Below, in pieces: positions 28,539 to 37,907 of a DNA stretch of 64,000 nucleotides. Both the position numbers and the translations under genes were made by a program. The first letter of the stretch is position 1; each line of letters opens with the position of its first letter. This DNA comes from Eubacteriales bacterium (GTDB lineage Bacteria > Bacillota > Clostridia > Oscillospirales > CAG-272): contig JAZNDS010000034.1 of the NCBI GenBank assembly GCA_045588145.1, positions 4,840 to 68,839 of the forward strand, read 5' to 3'. The notes below the pieces were generated by a model. That model did no database searches. It saw nothing but the letters and a program-made list of their open reading frames with translations, and was not told the DNA's origin.

Positions 28539-29393
28539 ATGAAGTATCTGGTTTTAGGCTGTAACGGTATGGCGGGCCACACGATCTCGCTGTACCTGCA
28601 TGAGAGAGGACACGAGGTCATCGGCTTCGCGCAGGAGCCCTCGCGCTTGGTGAAGAGCGTGGTGGGCGATGCCCGCGACAGCGAGGGGCTTTCCCGTATC
28701 GTTCGCGAGGGGGAATTCGACGCCATCATCAACTGCATCGGCATTCTCAATCAGTTTGCCGAAAGCAACAAGGCGCTGGCCACCTACTTAAACGCCTATC
28801 TGCCGCATTTTCTGGCCGGCATCACCAAGGACACCAAGACCCAAGTCATTCATATGAGCACCGACTGCGTTTTTTCGGGTAAGCGCGGCGCTTACACCGA
28901 AAGCGATCTGCCGGACGGCGAGACCTTTTACGATCGCTCGAAGGCGCTGGGGGAGCTTAACGACGAAAAGAATATCACGCTTCGCAATTCGATCGTCGGC
29001 CCCGATATCAACGAGAACGGCATCGGGCTTCTTAATTGGTTTATGAAGCAGAAGGGGACGGTGAACGGCTACACAAAGGCCATGTGGACGGGGCAGACCA
29101 CCCTGCAGCTGGCCAAGACCATGGAAAAGGCCTCGCTTTCGGGGGCCACGGGGCTTTATAACACGGTGCCCGACCGCTCGATCTCCAAATACGAGCTGCT
29201 GTGCCTTTTCAATAAGTATCTGCGGGGCGATTCGATAAGGATCGAGCCGGTGGAGGGGGTCAATCTCGATAAATCCCTGAAAAGGACCCGCGCGGGGTTC
29301 GATTATATCATCCCCGACTACGAGACCATGGTAAAAGAGATGGCCGAATGGATCCTTGGCCATAAGCAATTATATCCGCATTACGAACTGTGA
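28539..29393 (+). CDS. RmlD-like SDR C-4 reductase. It is short like WbvR and lacks the cupin domain of CapF/FnlB.
   Basis: Reads MKYLVLGCNGMAGH (Rossmann fold) and carries a Y..SK catalytic pair; 284 aa. Sits between the fnlA and fnlC homologues. Confidence 0.7.
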   Translation: MKYLVLGCNGMAGHTISLYLHERGHEVIGFAQEPSRLVKSVVGDARDSEGLSRIVREGEFDAIINCIGILNQFAESNKALATYLNAYLPHFLAGITKDTKTQVIHMSTDCVFSGKRGAYTESDLPDGETFYDRSKALGELNDEKNITLRNSIVGPDINENGIGLLNWFMKQKGTVNGYTKAMWTGQTTLQLAKTMEKASLSGATGLYNTVPDRSISKYELLCLFNKYLRGDSIRIEPVEGVNLDKSLKRTRAGFDYIIPDYETMVKEMAEWILGHKQLYPHYEL

Positions 29394-29401
29394 GGGGAAA
29401 A

Positions 29402-30544
29402 ATGAAAAAGCTTAAACTGATGACGATCCTCGGCACGCGCCCCGAGATCATCAAAATGTCGGCCATTATCAAGAAGTGTGACGAGTATTTCGATCACGTC
29501 CTCGTGCATACGGGGCAGAACTACGATTATACCCTGAACGAGGTCTTTTTTCATGAGCTCGGCCTTCGCGCGCCCGATCATTATCTTGGGGTCGTGGGCG
29601 AGAACCTCGGGCAAACGATGGGGAACGTTATCGCCAAATCCTATGAGATCATGGATAAGGAAAAGCCCGACGCCCTGATCGTTCTCGGGGACACCAATTC
29701 CTGCCTTTCGGTGATTTCCGCCAAGCGGTTGAAGATACCCGTATTCCATATGGAGGCGGGCAACCGCTGCAAGGATGAGAACCTGCCCGAGGAGGTCATC
29801 CGCCGCATCGTCGACGTGACGAGTGATGTCAACCTTTGCTACGGCGAGCATGCGCGCCGCTATATCCTTGATTGCGGTGTGAAGCCTGAAAACACCTACG
29901 TCGTCGGCTCTCCGATGGCCGAGGTATTGAAGGCGAATTATGAAAAGATCGAGGAAAGCGATATCCTTTCGCGCCTTGGGCTTACGGCGAAGAAATACAT
30001 CCTTCTTTCCGCCCATCGCGAGGAGAATATCGACATTGAAAAGAACTTCCTTTCGCTGATGAGCGCCATCAACGAAATGGCAAAAAAGTACGATATGCCC
30101 GTGCTGTATTCCTGCCATCCGCGCTCGCGTAAGAGATTGGAGCAAAGCGGGTTTGCGCTGGACGAGCGTGTCGTGCGGCACGAGCCGCTTGGCTTCCACG
30201 ACTACAACTGCCTGCAGATGAATGCCTTTGCCGTGGTGTCGGACAGCGGTACCCTGCCCGAGGAGAGCAGCTTCTTCACCTCGGTCGGCAAGCCCTTCCC
30301 GGCCATCAGCATCCGCACCTCGACCGAAAGGCCCGAGGCGATCGACAAGGGATGCTTTGTCATCGCGGGGATCGACGGCGATTCGCTGCTTCAGGCGGTC
30401 GATACGGCGGTTTCTCTCAACGAGGAGGGCTGCCTCGGCCTGCCCGTTCCCGCTTATACCGATGAAAACGTGTCGGTGAAGGTCGTTAAGATCATTCAGT
30501 CCTATACGGGCATCATCAACAAAATGGTCTGGCGCAAGGGGTAA
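29402..30544 (+). CDS. fnlC: Non-hydrolysing UDP-HexNAc 2-epimerase (CapG/FnlC/WbvD type).
   Basis: Near-colinear with Cap5G: KLKLMTILGTRPEIIKMS..VHTGQNYDYTLN..LGDTNSCLS..HMEAGNRC..SAHREENID..SDSGTLPEES..IRTSTERPE..KVVKIIQSY. Confidence 0.9.
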   Translation: MKKLKLMTILGTRPEIIKMSAIIKKCDEYFDHVLVHTGQNYDYTLNEVFFHELGLRAPDHYLGVVGENLGQTMGNVIAKSYEIMDKEKPDALIVLGDTNSCLSVISAKRLKIPVFHMEAGNRCKDENLPEEVIRRIVDVTSDVNLCYGEHARRYILDCGVKPENTYVVGSPMAEVLKANYEKIEESDILSRLGLTAKKYILLSAHREENIDIEKNFLSLMSAINEMAKKYDMPVLYSCHPRSRKRLEQSGFALDERVVRHEPLGFHDYNCLQMNAFAVVSDSGTLPEESSFFTSVGKPFPAISIRTSTERPEAIDKGCFVIAGIDGDSLLQAVDTAVSLNEEGCLGLPVPAYTDENVSVKVVKIIQSYTGIINKMVWRKG

Positions 30545-30586
30545 GCCCCTTCGCTTATAAAAATAAGGAAAGAAAGGAGAAAGGCT

Positions 30587-31699
30587 GTGAAATATATCCC
30601 CTCTTCTTTCTTTTCGTTTATTCGCGCCGCCGCGCTTTCCGAGACGCCCCCGCGGCTTCCTCCGCTTGAGGAGAGGGCGGCCTCGCTGTCGCTTGCCAAG
30701 CGCTATGACCTTTCCCCCCTGCTTGCCGAAGGTATGCTTTCGGCAGGGCTTGATGAGGGCGATCCCGATTACGACGCCTTTCTCCGTGAGCAGCTGAAGG
30801 GCGTTCTTCGCTATACGCGCCAAAGCGAGGCCGAGGCGAGGGGCGAGGCCCTTCTTTCGGAGGCGGGGATCGTTTATATGCCCCTGAAGGGGGCGGTTTT
30901 GCGCGCCCTTTACCAAAAGCCCTACCTGCGTACCTCCTGCGATACCGATTACCTGCTTCCCAAGGCCGAAAGCGAGCGGGCGGTCGCGCTTCTGACCGAG
31001 AAGGGGGGCTATACCGTCCTTTCGGCTACCCCGCACGACGTGGCGGTCGGTATTAAGGGGCAGGTCACGCTTGAATTGCACAGCACCCTTTTTGAGGAGG
31101 GGGATTACGGCGCCTCCTGCCCCTCCCCCCTGGAGCTGACCGAGGAGAAGGGGATCCGGCGCACGATGCCCCCCGATTACCTTCTTTTTTATCATATCGC
31201 CCATATGGCCAAGCATTTTTCGATGGGTGGCTGTGGCCTGCGCCCCCTGCTGGATCTTTGGCTTTTAGAGAGGGGAAGGGCGCTTTCGGACGGCGCGCTT
31301 ACGCTTTTGCGAAGCGCGGGGCTATATCGCTTCTACCGTGCGATGCACGCGCTTTCGCTTTCCTATTTTGAGGGGGTCCCCTTTGATGAAGACGGGGAAG
31401 CCCTGCACGAATACCTTCTGACGGGTGGCCTTTACGGCGAGAGAGAGCGGCGCCTTGCCGCGGCCGAGGAAAAGAAGGGCGGGCGGCGAGCTTATCTCCT
31501 TTCACGTCTCCTTCCAAAAAGGGAAAGCCTTGAGAAGCGCTATCCCCGCTTGCGGGGGCGGCCGTACCTTTATCCCCTTTACGCCTGCCGTCGCCTCTTT
31601 TCCTATCTCCTTTCCCCCGACAAAAAAAGCCAGCTTTCGACCCTTTCGTCGGAGCAGGTCGAGCGGGAAAGAGAGCTGCTTGACCGATTGGGGCTTTAG
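30587..31699 (+). CDS. Uncharacterised nucleotidyltransferase-family protein (NTP_transf_5-like).
   Basis: GTG start with RBS AAGGAG; the pattern YMPLKGAVLRALYQKPYLRTSCDTDYLLPK matches the NTP_transf_5 core. Confidence 0.6.
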   Translation: MKYIPSSFFSFIRAAALSETPPRLPPLEERAASLSLAKRYDLSPLLAEGMLSAGLDEGDPDYDAFLREQLKGVLRYTRQSEAEARGEALLSEAGIVYMPLKGAVLRALYQKPYLRTSCDTDYLLPKAESERAVALLTEKGGYTVLSATPHDVAVGIKGQVTLELHSTLFEEGDYGASCPSPLELTEEKGIRRTMPPDYLLFYHIAHMAKHFSMGGCGLRPLLDLWLLERGRALSDGALTLLRSAGLYRFYRAMHALSLSYFEGVPFDEDGEALHEYLLTGGLYGERERRLAAAEEKKGGRRAYLLSRLLPKRESLEKRYPRLRGRPYLYPLYACRRLFSYLLSPDKKSQLSTLSSEQVERERELLDRLGL

Positions 31700-31827
31700 A
31701 CCTTTCGCGGCGATCTGCCACGGAAGGTCTTTTTTCTTTTGTCGAAAAAAGAAGGATACACCAAAGCGCTATCTCCTTTCATAAAATGGTAAGGGGGAGT
31801 GATCCCCCGAACAGAAAGGAGAAAAAG

Positions 31828-32676
31828 ATGGCAATCTTTACGAATCGGGCCACCCTTATTTACGGAGGGCTCGTGCAGAATTCCAACACCGTGACCGGGG
31901 AGATCGTGCAGGTCCTGGGGCTGGCGAAGGAGGCCCTTAACGCCACCTATAACGCGGGGGAGGACATCACCTATGTCTTAAGCCTTACCAACACCGGTAC
32001 CGCTCCCTACACGGGCCTGACACTCATCGATGATCTCGGCGCCTATCCCTTTGGCACCGAAACACGCTATCCTCTGGCGTATGATGCGGGAACTATTCGC
32101 TATTATGTAAACGGGACCTTACAATCCGCCCCTGCCGTCACGGCTACCCAGCCCCTGACGGTCACGGGCATCAGCGTCCCCGCGGGCGGCAACGCGCTGA
32201 TCCTTTACAGCGCCACCGTGACCGCGGTCGCCCCGCCCAACGTAGGCGGCGTGATCACCAACACCGCCACCCTTCTTGGGGGCTGTGAGCCGATCACCGC
32301 CACCGAGACCGTCAGCGCGCGGGAGGCGCCCGCGCTTCGCATCACGAAGGGGCTTTCCCCCGTAAGCGTGGCGTGTAACGGAAGCGTCACCTATACGCTG
32401 ACGATCGAGAACTACGGCAACGTGGCGGTGGTCGCCACCGATAACGCCGTTGTGACCGATACCTTCGATCCGATCCTTTCGGATCTTTCGGCCAGCTTTA
32501 ACGGCACGCCGCTTACCGTCGGCACGCAGTACGTCTATGATCAGGCGACCGGTGTCTTTACGACGCTTGGCGGCACGGTGACCGTGCCCGCTGCCACCTA
32601 TACCGAGGATCCCGTCAGCGGGGAATTCACAGTCACCCCGGGGGTATCGACCCTTGTGATCACGGGAACGGTGTGA
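31828..32676 (+). CDS. DUF11 / conserved-repeat-domain protein, Thr/Gly/Val-rich, with no signal peptide.
   Basis: Two Ig-like repeat units with patterns such as SVTYTLTIENYGNVAV. Confidence 0.65.
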   Translation: MAIFTNRATLIYGGLVQNSNTVTGEIVQVLGLAKEALNATYNAGEDITYVLSLTNTGTAPYTGLTLIDDLGAYPFGTETRYPLAYDAGTIRYYVNGTLQSAPAVTATQPLTVTGISVPAGGNALILYSATVTAVAPPNVGGVITNTATLLGGCEPITATETVSAREAPALRITKGLSPVSVACNGSVTYTLTIENYGNVAVVATDNAVVTDTFDPILSDLSASFNGTPLTVGTQYVYDQATGVFTTLGGTVTVPAATYTEDPVSGEFTVTPGVSTLVITGTV

Positions 32677-32684
32677 AAATGAAA

Positions 32685-32715
32685 AAGAAAAAGGTTGCGA
32701 AAAGCAACCTTTTTC
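32685..32715. terminator. Terminator after the DUF11 gene.
   Basis: AAGGTTGC-gaaaa-GCAACCTT followed by TTTTCTTTTC. Confidence 0.55.
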
Positions 32716-32761
32716 TTTTCTCCCGAAAACACAAAAAGGCGCCCTCGATTGAAGACGCCTT

Positions 32762-32837
32762 TGGAGCTGCTAATCAGATTCGAACTGATGACCTCATCCT
32801 TACCAAGGATGTGCTCTACCAACTGAGCCATAGCAGC
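32762..32837 (-). tRNA. tRNA-Thr (anticodon GGT).
   Basis: Minus strand reads GCTGCTATGGCTCAGTTGGTAGAGCACATCCTTGGTAAGGATGAGGTCATCAGTTCGAATCTGATTAGCAGCTCCA. It has a 7-bp acceptor stem, a T-arm GGTCATCAGTTCGAATCTGATT and a U-GGT-A anticodon loop; CCA is encoded. Confidence 0.85.
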
Positions 32838-32932
32838 ATACGAACGGTTATTATTATAGCAAAGGTTTTTTTGTTTGTCAAGATGTATTTTGCGTAAATT
32901 TTGTAATTTCTTGTATTTTTCCCGCTTCTTCC

Positions 32933-32961
32933 TTGACAGAGTGGGGGGGTTGATATATAAT
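32933..32961 (+). promoter_or_regulatory. Consensus sigma-A promoter for leuS.
   Basis: TTGACA-17-TATAAT; the ~35-nt leader has no T-box. Confidence 0.55.
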
Positions 32962-32994
32962 AAGGAAGGACTATACAAAAGAGAGGTTTCCTTC

Positions 32995-35397
32995 ATGAAA
33001 TACGATTTTAGCGCGATCGAAAAGAAATGGCAAAAGAAATGGGAGGAAGAGGGGGCTTTTTTAGCCAAGGATAACAGCGACAAGCCGAAGTTCTACGGTC
33101 TTGTGGAGTTTCCCTATCCCAGCGGTGCCGGGATGCACGTCGGCCATATCAAGGCGTATTCGGGGCTTGAGGTCATCAGCCGCTGTCGCCGTATGCAGGG
33201 CTATAACGTCCTTTTTCCCATTGGGTTTGACGCCTTCGGGCTTCCCACCGAGAACTACGCCATCAAAACGGGTACCCACCCGCGCGCCGTTACCGATACG
33301 AATATCAAGCGCTTTACCGACCAGCTGAAGAAGGTCGGCTTCTCCTTCGATTGGACGAGGGTCGTCGATACGACCGAGGAGGATTATTATAAGTGGACGC
33401 AGTGGATCTTTTTGCAGATGTTTGAAAAGGGCCTTGTGTTCCGTGACAGCGCTCTTGTCAACTACTGCCCCTCCTGCCGCGTCGTTCTTTCGAACGAGGA
33501 TAGCCAGGGCGGCCGCTGCGACATCTGTAAGAGTGAGGTCGTGCAAAAGTCGAAGGACGTGTGGTACCTGCGTATCACCCGCTACGCCGACAAGCTGTTA
33601 GAGGGGCTTGAGGGGGTCGATTACCTGCCTGCCATCAAGCAGCAGCAGGTCAACTGGATCGGCCGCTCGAGCGGGGCCTTCGTCAACTTCCCGCTGGAGG
33701 GGAAGGCGGATACGCTTCGCATCTACACCACCCGCCCCGATACCCTTTTCGGTGTCACCTTCATGGTCGTCGCGCCCGAGCATCCGCTTATCGATAAGTA
33801 CGAAAACAGCATCGCCAATATGGACGAGGTGCGCGCCTACCGCGAGGCCTGCGCGAAGAAGACCGAGTTTGAGCGTACGCAGCTCGTTAAAGAAAAGACC
33901 GGTGTCCGCCTTATGGGCTTTGACGCCGTTAACCCCCTGAACGGAAAGAAGATCCCCGTCTATATTGCCGACTATGTTATGATGGGCTACGGCACGGGCG
34001 CCATTATGGCGGTCCCCGCGCACGACGGGCGTGACTACGACTTTGCCAAGAAATTCTCGATCCCGATCGTCGAGGTCATCAAGGGCGGCGATATCGAAAA
34101 AGAAGCCTACACCGGTGACGGTGAGATGATCAACTCGGACTTTTTGAACGGCTACCTGAACAAAAAGGATTCGATCGCCAAAATGATCGAGGAGCTGGAA
34201 AAGCGCGGCATCGGGGAAGAGGGCGTTCAGTACAAGATGAAGGACTGGGCCTTCAACCGCCAGCGCTATTGGGGAGAGCCGATCCCGATCGTGCATTGCG
34301 ACAGCTGCGGCATGGTCCCCGTTCCCTACGAGGAGCTTCCGCTGCTTCTGCCGAAGGTCGAGAACTTCGAGCCCGGCGAGGGGGGCGAATCGCCGCTTGC
34401 CAAGATCGAATCCTTCGTCAAGTGTAAATGCCCGAAGTGCGGCAAGGATGCCCGCCGTGAGACCGATACGATGCCCCAGTGGGCCGGCTCCTCGTGGTAC
34501 TTCCTCCGCTATATCGATCCCCACAACGATAAGGCGTTGGCCGATCCCGAGAAGCTTAAATACTGGATGCCGGTCGACTGGTATAACGGCGGTATGGAGC
34601 ATGTCACCCGCCATATGATCTATTCGCGCTTCTGGCACAGCTTCCTCTACGACATCGGTGCCGTCAACACCAAGGAGCCCTACGCCAAGCGGACCGCCCA
34701 GGGTCTTATCCTCGGGCCCGACGGCGAGAAGATGAGCAAATCGAAGGGCAATGTCGTTGACCCCTTGGATATCGTAAACGAATACGGGGCCGACGTGCTT
34801 CGCACCTACGTTCTCTTTATGGGCGATTACGGCTCGGCCGCGCCCTGGAACGAAAACTCGGTCAAGGGCTGCAAGCGCTTTTTGGAAAGAGTCTGCGACC
34901 TTGCCGAAATGGCGAAGGGAGAAGGGGTTACCCCTGCCCTTGAGAGTGCCTTCCATAAGACGATCAAGAAGGTCTCCTCGGATTTTGAGGAGATGAAGTT
35001 CAATACCGCCATCGCCGCGCTTATGGAGCTTCTCAATAAGATCTTTGAGGTCGGCAGCCTTACGAAATGTGAGCTGATCACCTTTATCAAGCTTCTTTGC
35101 CCCGTGGCGCCCCACCTTTCGGAGGAGATCTACGAGGGGCTGGGCGGCAACGGCCTTCTGGCCCTCGCCGAGTGGCCGAGCTACGACGAAGCCAAGACCG
35201 TGGATTCGACGATCGAGATCGCCGTCCAGCTGAACGGCAAGCTTCGCGACGTCATCATGCTGCCCGCCGAGGTCGACAAGGATACCGCCATCGCCACCGC
35301 CAAGGCAAGCCCGAAGGTGGCCGACGCGCTCAACGGCAAAACGATCGTTAAGGAGATCTACGTCCCCAAACGCATCGTTAACATCGTTGTAAAGTAA
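32995..35397 (+). CDS. leuS: Leucine--tRNA ligase.
   Basis: HVGH(I) HIGH motif, KMSKS, and the CP1 editing domain. Confidence 0.97.
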   Translation: MKYDFSAIEKKWQKKWEEEGAFLAKDNSDKPKFYGLVEFPYPSGAGMHVGHIKAYSGLEVISRCRRMQGYNVLFPIGFDAFGLPTENYAIKTGTHPRAVTDTNIKRFTDQLKKVGFSFDWTRVVDTTEEDYYKWTQWIFLQMFEKGLVFRDSALVNYCPSCRVVLSNEDSQGGRCDICKSEVVQKSKDVWYLRITRYADKLLEGLEGVDYLPAIKQQQVNWIGRSSGAFVNFPLEGKADTLRIYTTRPDTLFGVTFMVVAPEHPLIDKYENSIANMDEVRAYREACAKKTEFERTQLVKEKTGVRLMGFDAVNPLNGKKIPVYIADYVMMGYGTGAIMAVPAHDGRDYDFAKKFSIPIVEVIKGGDIEKEAYTGDGEMINSDFLNGYLNKKDSIAKMIEELEKRGIGEEGVQYKMKDWAFNRQRYWGEPIPIVHCDSCGMVPVPYEELPLLLPKVENFEPGEGGESPLAKIESFVKCKCPKCGKDARRETDTMPQWAGSSWYFLRYIDPHNDKALADPEKLKYWMPVDWYNGGMEHVTRHMIYSRFWHSFLYDIGAVNTKEPYAKRTAQGLILGPDGEKMSKSKGNVVDPLDIVNEYGADVLRTYVLFMGDYGSAAPWNENSVKGCKRFLERVCDLAEMAKGEGVTPALESAFHKTIKKVSSDFEEMKFNTAIAALMELLNKIFEVGSLTKCELITFIKLLCPVAPHLSEEIYEGLGGNGLLALAEWPSYDEAKTVDSTIEIAVQLNGKLRDVIMLPAEVDKDTAIATAKASPKVADALNGKTIVKEIYVPKRIVNIVVK

Positions 35398-35417
35398 TTT
35401 TTACAAAAAAACAGAGA

Positions 35418-35442
35418 GGGATACGATTTTCGTATCCCTTTT
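35418..35442 (+). terminator. leuS intrinsic terminator. A second hairpin with a T-run lies at about 35477-35520.
   Basis: GGGATACGA-tttt-CGTATCCC-TTTT. Confidence 0.65.
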
Positions 35443-35590
35443 CAAAATTGAGAAGACAAAGCGCTCCTTTCAAGAGACGGGCAAAGAAAAGGTAGGGGCG
35501 GCCATTGGCCGTCCGTTTTTTTGATACCGAATGCATATGGAAGAAAGCCAACAGCTTTCAACCTTAAAAACCGCAGAATTTCGAAGAAGC

Positions 35591-35630
35591 AAAAAAGGGA
35601 CTATACGTAAAGCACGTATAATCCCTTTTT
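35591..35630 (-). terminator. glnA(III) intrinsic terminator.
   Basis: GGGACTATACGT-aaagc-ACGTATAATCCC, a 12-bp stem; a U-run follows on the minus strand. Confidence 0.6.
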
Positions 35631-35657
35631 CTCTTGTTTACAAAATCCGAAGCCTCA

Positions 35658-37745
35658 TCAATAATAAAGCATGTCGGTATACGAAGGATAGGGCCAAACG
35701 GCGCTCGGCATCAAGCCCTCGGCCTCGTCGACCGATCTGCGCAGGCGCTCCATCGCGGGCACGACCTCCTCGGAGAAGGCCTTGGCCGCTTCGGCCTGAT
35801 CGGCAAGGGCGGTTGCTGCTTCGGCACGTTGGTAGACCGCCTCCCCCTCCTTCGCGATGTCGCAGGCAAGCGACGTCAGGCGGGTCAGAAGCCCCTTTTC
35901 ATAGGAGGAGGGGATCCCGATGATCTCGCGGTCGCAAAGCAGCGAGGAGAGCGTTCTCTCGTAGGAAACGATCGCGGGCAGGATCTCGCGCTTGGTCATA
36001 TCCGCCATCGTGAGGGCCTCGATATGCACGGTCTTGCAGTAATTTTCAAGCAGGATCTCCTGGCGGGAGGCGATCTCCTCCTTCGTGAAGATGCCGTGGC
36101 GGGTAAAGAGCGAAACGTTCTTTTCGTCCAGGTAATGGGTGAGCGCGTCGGCGGTGTTCTTCCGCATGGGAAGCCCGCGCGCCTCGGCCTCCCTCCGCCA
36201 TTCCTCGGAATAGCCGTTCCCGTTAAAGACGACGCGCCGATGGGCAAGATAGGTCTTGCCGATCAGCTTTCCGATGGCCTCGGCCTTGTCGGTGGCACCC
36301 TCAAGCTCATCCGAGAAGCGGTCAAGGATCTCGGCAACGGCGGTATTCAGGATGATGTTGGGCTCCGCGACCGAGGCCGACGAGCCAAGCATACGGAACT
36401 CAAACTTGTTCCCCGTAAAGGCGAAGGGGGAGGTACGGTTCCGGTCGGAATTATCCTTGGGGATGCGGGGCAGGACCGAAGCGCCCAGCGCCATTCTGGC
36501 CTTTTTCTTTTTGGAATAGTCGATATGCCCGGCGGCAAACTCCTCCAGCACCGCGGTAAGATCCTCGCCTAAAAAGACCGAAAGCACCGTGGGCGGGGCC
36601 TCATACCCGCCAAGGCGGCAGTCATTCCCCGCCGAGGCGACCGAAAGGCGCAAAAGGTCCGCGTATTCGTCGACCGCCGCCAGGACCGCCGTCAGAAAGA
36701 GCAAAAAGCGCATCATCTCCTCGGGCGTTTTGCCGGGCTTCAAGAGGTTCGTGCCGTCCTTCGTCGAGACCGACCAGTTGTTATGCTTACCGCTGCCGTT
36801 CACCCCTTCAAAGGGCTTCTCGTGTAAAAGGCAAACAAAGCCGTGGCGGGTGGCCACCTTCTTCATCATCTCCATCACGAGCTGATTGTGGTCGCATGCG
36901 ATGTTGGTGGTCTCAAAGACGGGCGCCAGCTCATGCTGGGCGGGGGCCGCCTCGTTATGCTCGGTCTTGGCCATGACGCCAAGGCTCCAAAGCTCGCGGT
37001 CCAGCTCCTCCATATACGCTTTGACCTCGGGGCGGATCGCGCCGAAGTAGTGGTCGTCCAGCTCCTGGCCCTTCGGGGGGCGCATACCGAAAAGGGTACG
37101 CCCGCAAAGGCGCAGATCGCGCCGCTTTTCGAAAAGGGCACGGGGAATGAGAAAATATTCCTGCTCGGCCCCTACCGTCGTCGTGACCTCGGCTTCGATC
37201 CCCAGCACCGACAAAAGGCGCCCGGTCGAGCGCTCCACACAGTCCATCGAGCGAAGAAGCGGGGTCTTTTTATCCAGCACCGCGCCGCCGAACGAGCAGA
37301 AGGCGGTGGGAATATAGAGCGTGCCCTCTTTTACAAAGGCGGGGGAGGTCGGATCCCAGGCGGTGTAGCCGCGCGCCTCAAAGGTGGCGCGAAGGCCGCC
37401 CGAGGGGAAGGAGGAGGCATCGGGCTCTCCCTTGATCAGCGATTTGCCCGAAAATTCCATCAGGATCTTCCCGCTTTCGGCGGGCTCTAAAAAGCTATCG
37501 TGCTTTTCGGCGGTGATGCCGGTCATCGGCTGGAACCAATGCGTAAAGTGGGTAGCCCCCCGCTCCATCGCCCAGACCTTCATCGCCTCGGCTACGGCAT
37601 CGGCTACCTCCTGCGTCAGCTCCTCTCCCCGCTCGGTGGTCTTTTTGAGGGAGGCGTAGACCTCGGGGGAAAGAGAGGCGCGCATCACGTCGTCTCCAAA
37701 AACCATACACCCGAAGCGTTCGGGTAAACGGCTTGCGTTCTCCAT
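35658..37745 (-). CDS. glnA: Type III glutamine synthetase (GlnN-like; 695 aa).
   Basis: Length and internal GS catalytic-domain motifs are typical of GSIII from Clostridia and Bacteroides. Confidence 0.88.
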   Translation of the reverse strand: MENASRLPERFGCMVFGDDVMRASLSPEVYASLKKTTERGEELTQEVADAVAEAMKVWAMERGATHFTHWFQPMTGITAEKHDSFLEPAESGKILMEFSGKSLIKGEPDASSFPSGGLRATFEARGYTAWDPTSPAFVKEGTLYIPTAFCSFGGAVLDKKTPLLRSMDCVERSTGRLLSVLGIEAEVTTTVGAEQEYFLIPRALFEKRRDLRLCGRTLFGMRPPKGQELDDHYFGAIRPEVKAYMEELDRELWSLGVMAKTEHNEAAPAQHELAPVFETTNIACDHNQLVMEMMKKVATRHGFVCLLHEKPFEGVNGSGKHNNWSVSTKDGTNLLKPGKTPEEMMRFLLFLTAVLAAVDEYADLLRLSVASAGNDCRLGGYEAPPTVLSVFLGEDLTAVLEEFAAGHIDYSKKKKARMALGASVLPRIPKDNSDRNRTSPFAFTGNKFEFRMLGSSASVAEPNIILNTAVAEILDRFSDELEGATDKAEAIGKLIGKTYLAHRRVVFNGNGYSEEWRREAEARGLPMRKNTADALTHYLDEKNVSLFTRHGIFTKEEIASRQEILLENYCKTVHIEALTMADMTKREILPAIVSYERTLSSLLCDREIIGIPSSYEKGLLTRLTSLACDIAKEGEAVYQRAEAATALADQAEAAKAFSEEVVPAMERLRRSVDEAEGLMPSAVWPYPSYTDMLYY

Positions 37746-37847
37746 AGCTTTCTCCTTAAAAATAACATGCTTGATACTTATATTATATAATTTATTTTAT
37801 TCTTGTCAAGGAATTTTTGTGTCGGGCGGCTTTTTTTGGGAATACAA

Positions 37848-37876
37848 TTGACAAAGAGAGGGAAATCTTTTATAAT
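37848..37876 (+). promoter_or_regulatory. Sigma-A promoter for the exonuclease gene.
   Basis: TTGACA-17-TATAAT. Confidence 0.5.
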
Positions 37877-37907
37877 AATCGGGTGAGTATATATCGTAAG
37901 GAGACCT

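Noticed and set aside
32838-32994. T-box riboswitch upstream of leuS.
   Set aside because: The leader between the TTGACA-17-TATAAT promoter and the ATG is only about 35 nt, with no specifier-loop or T-box sequence. leuS appears to be constitutively promoted here.
35443-35597. A separate small gene or ncRNA between the two leuS-side terminators and the glnA terminator.
   Set aside because: There is no ORF with an RBS. The three hairpins are adequately explained as tandem and convergent terminators.
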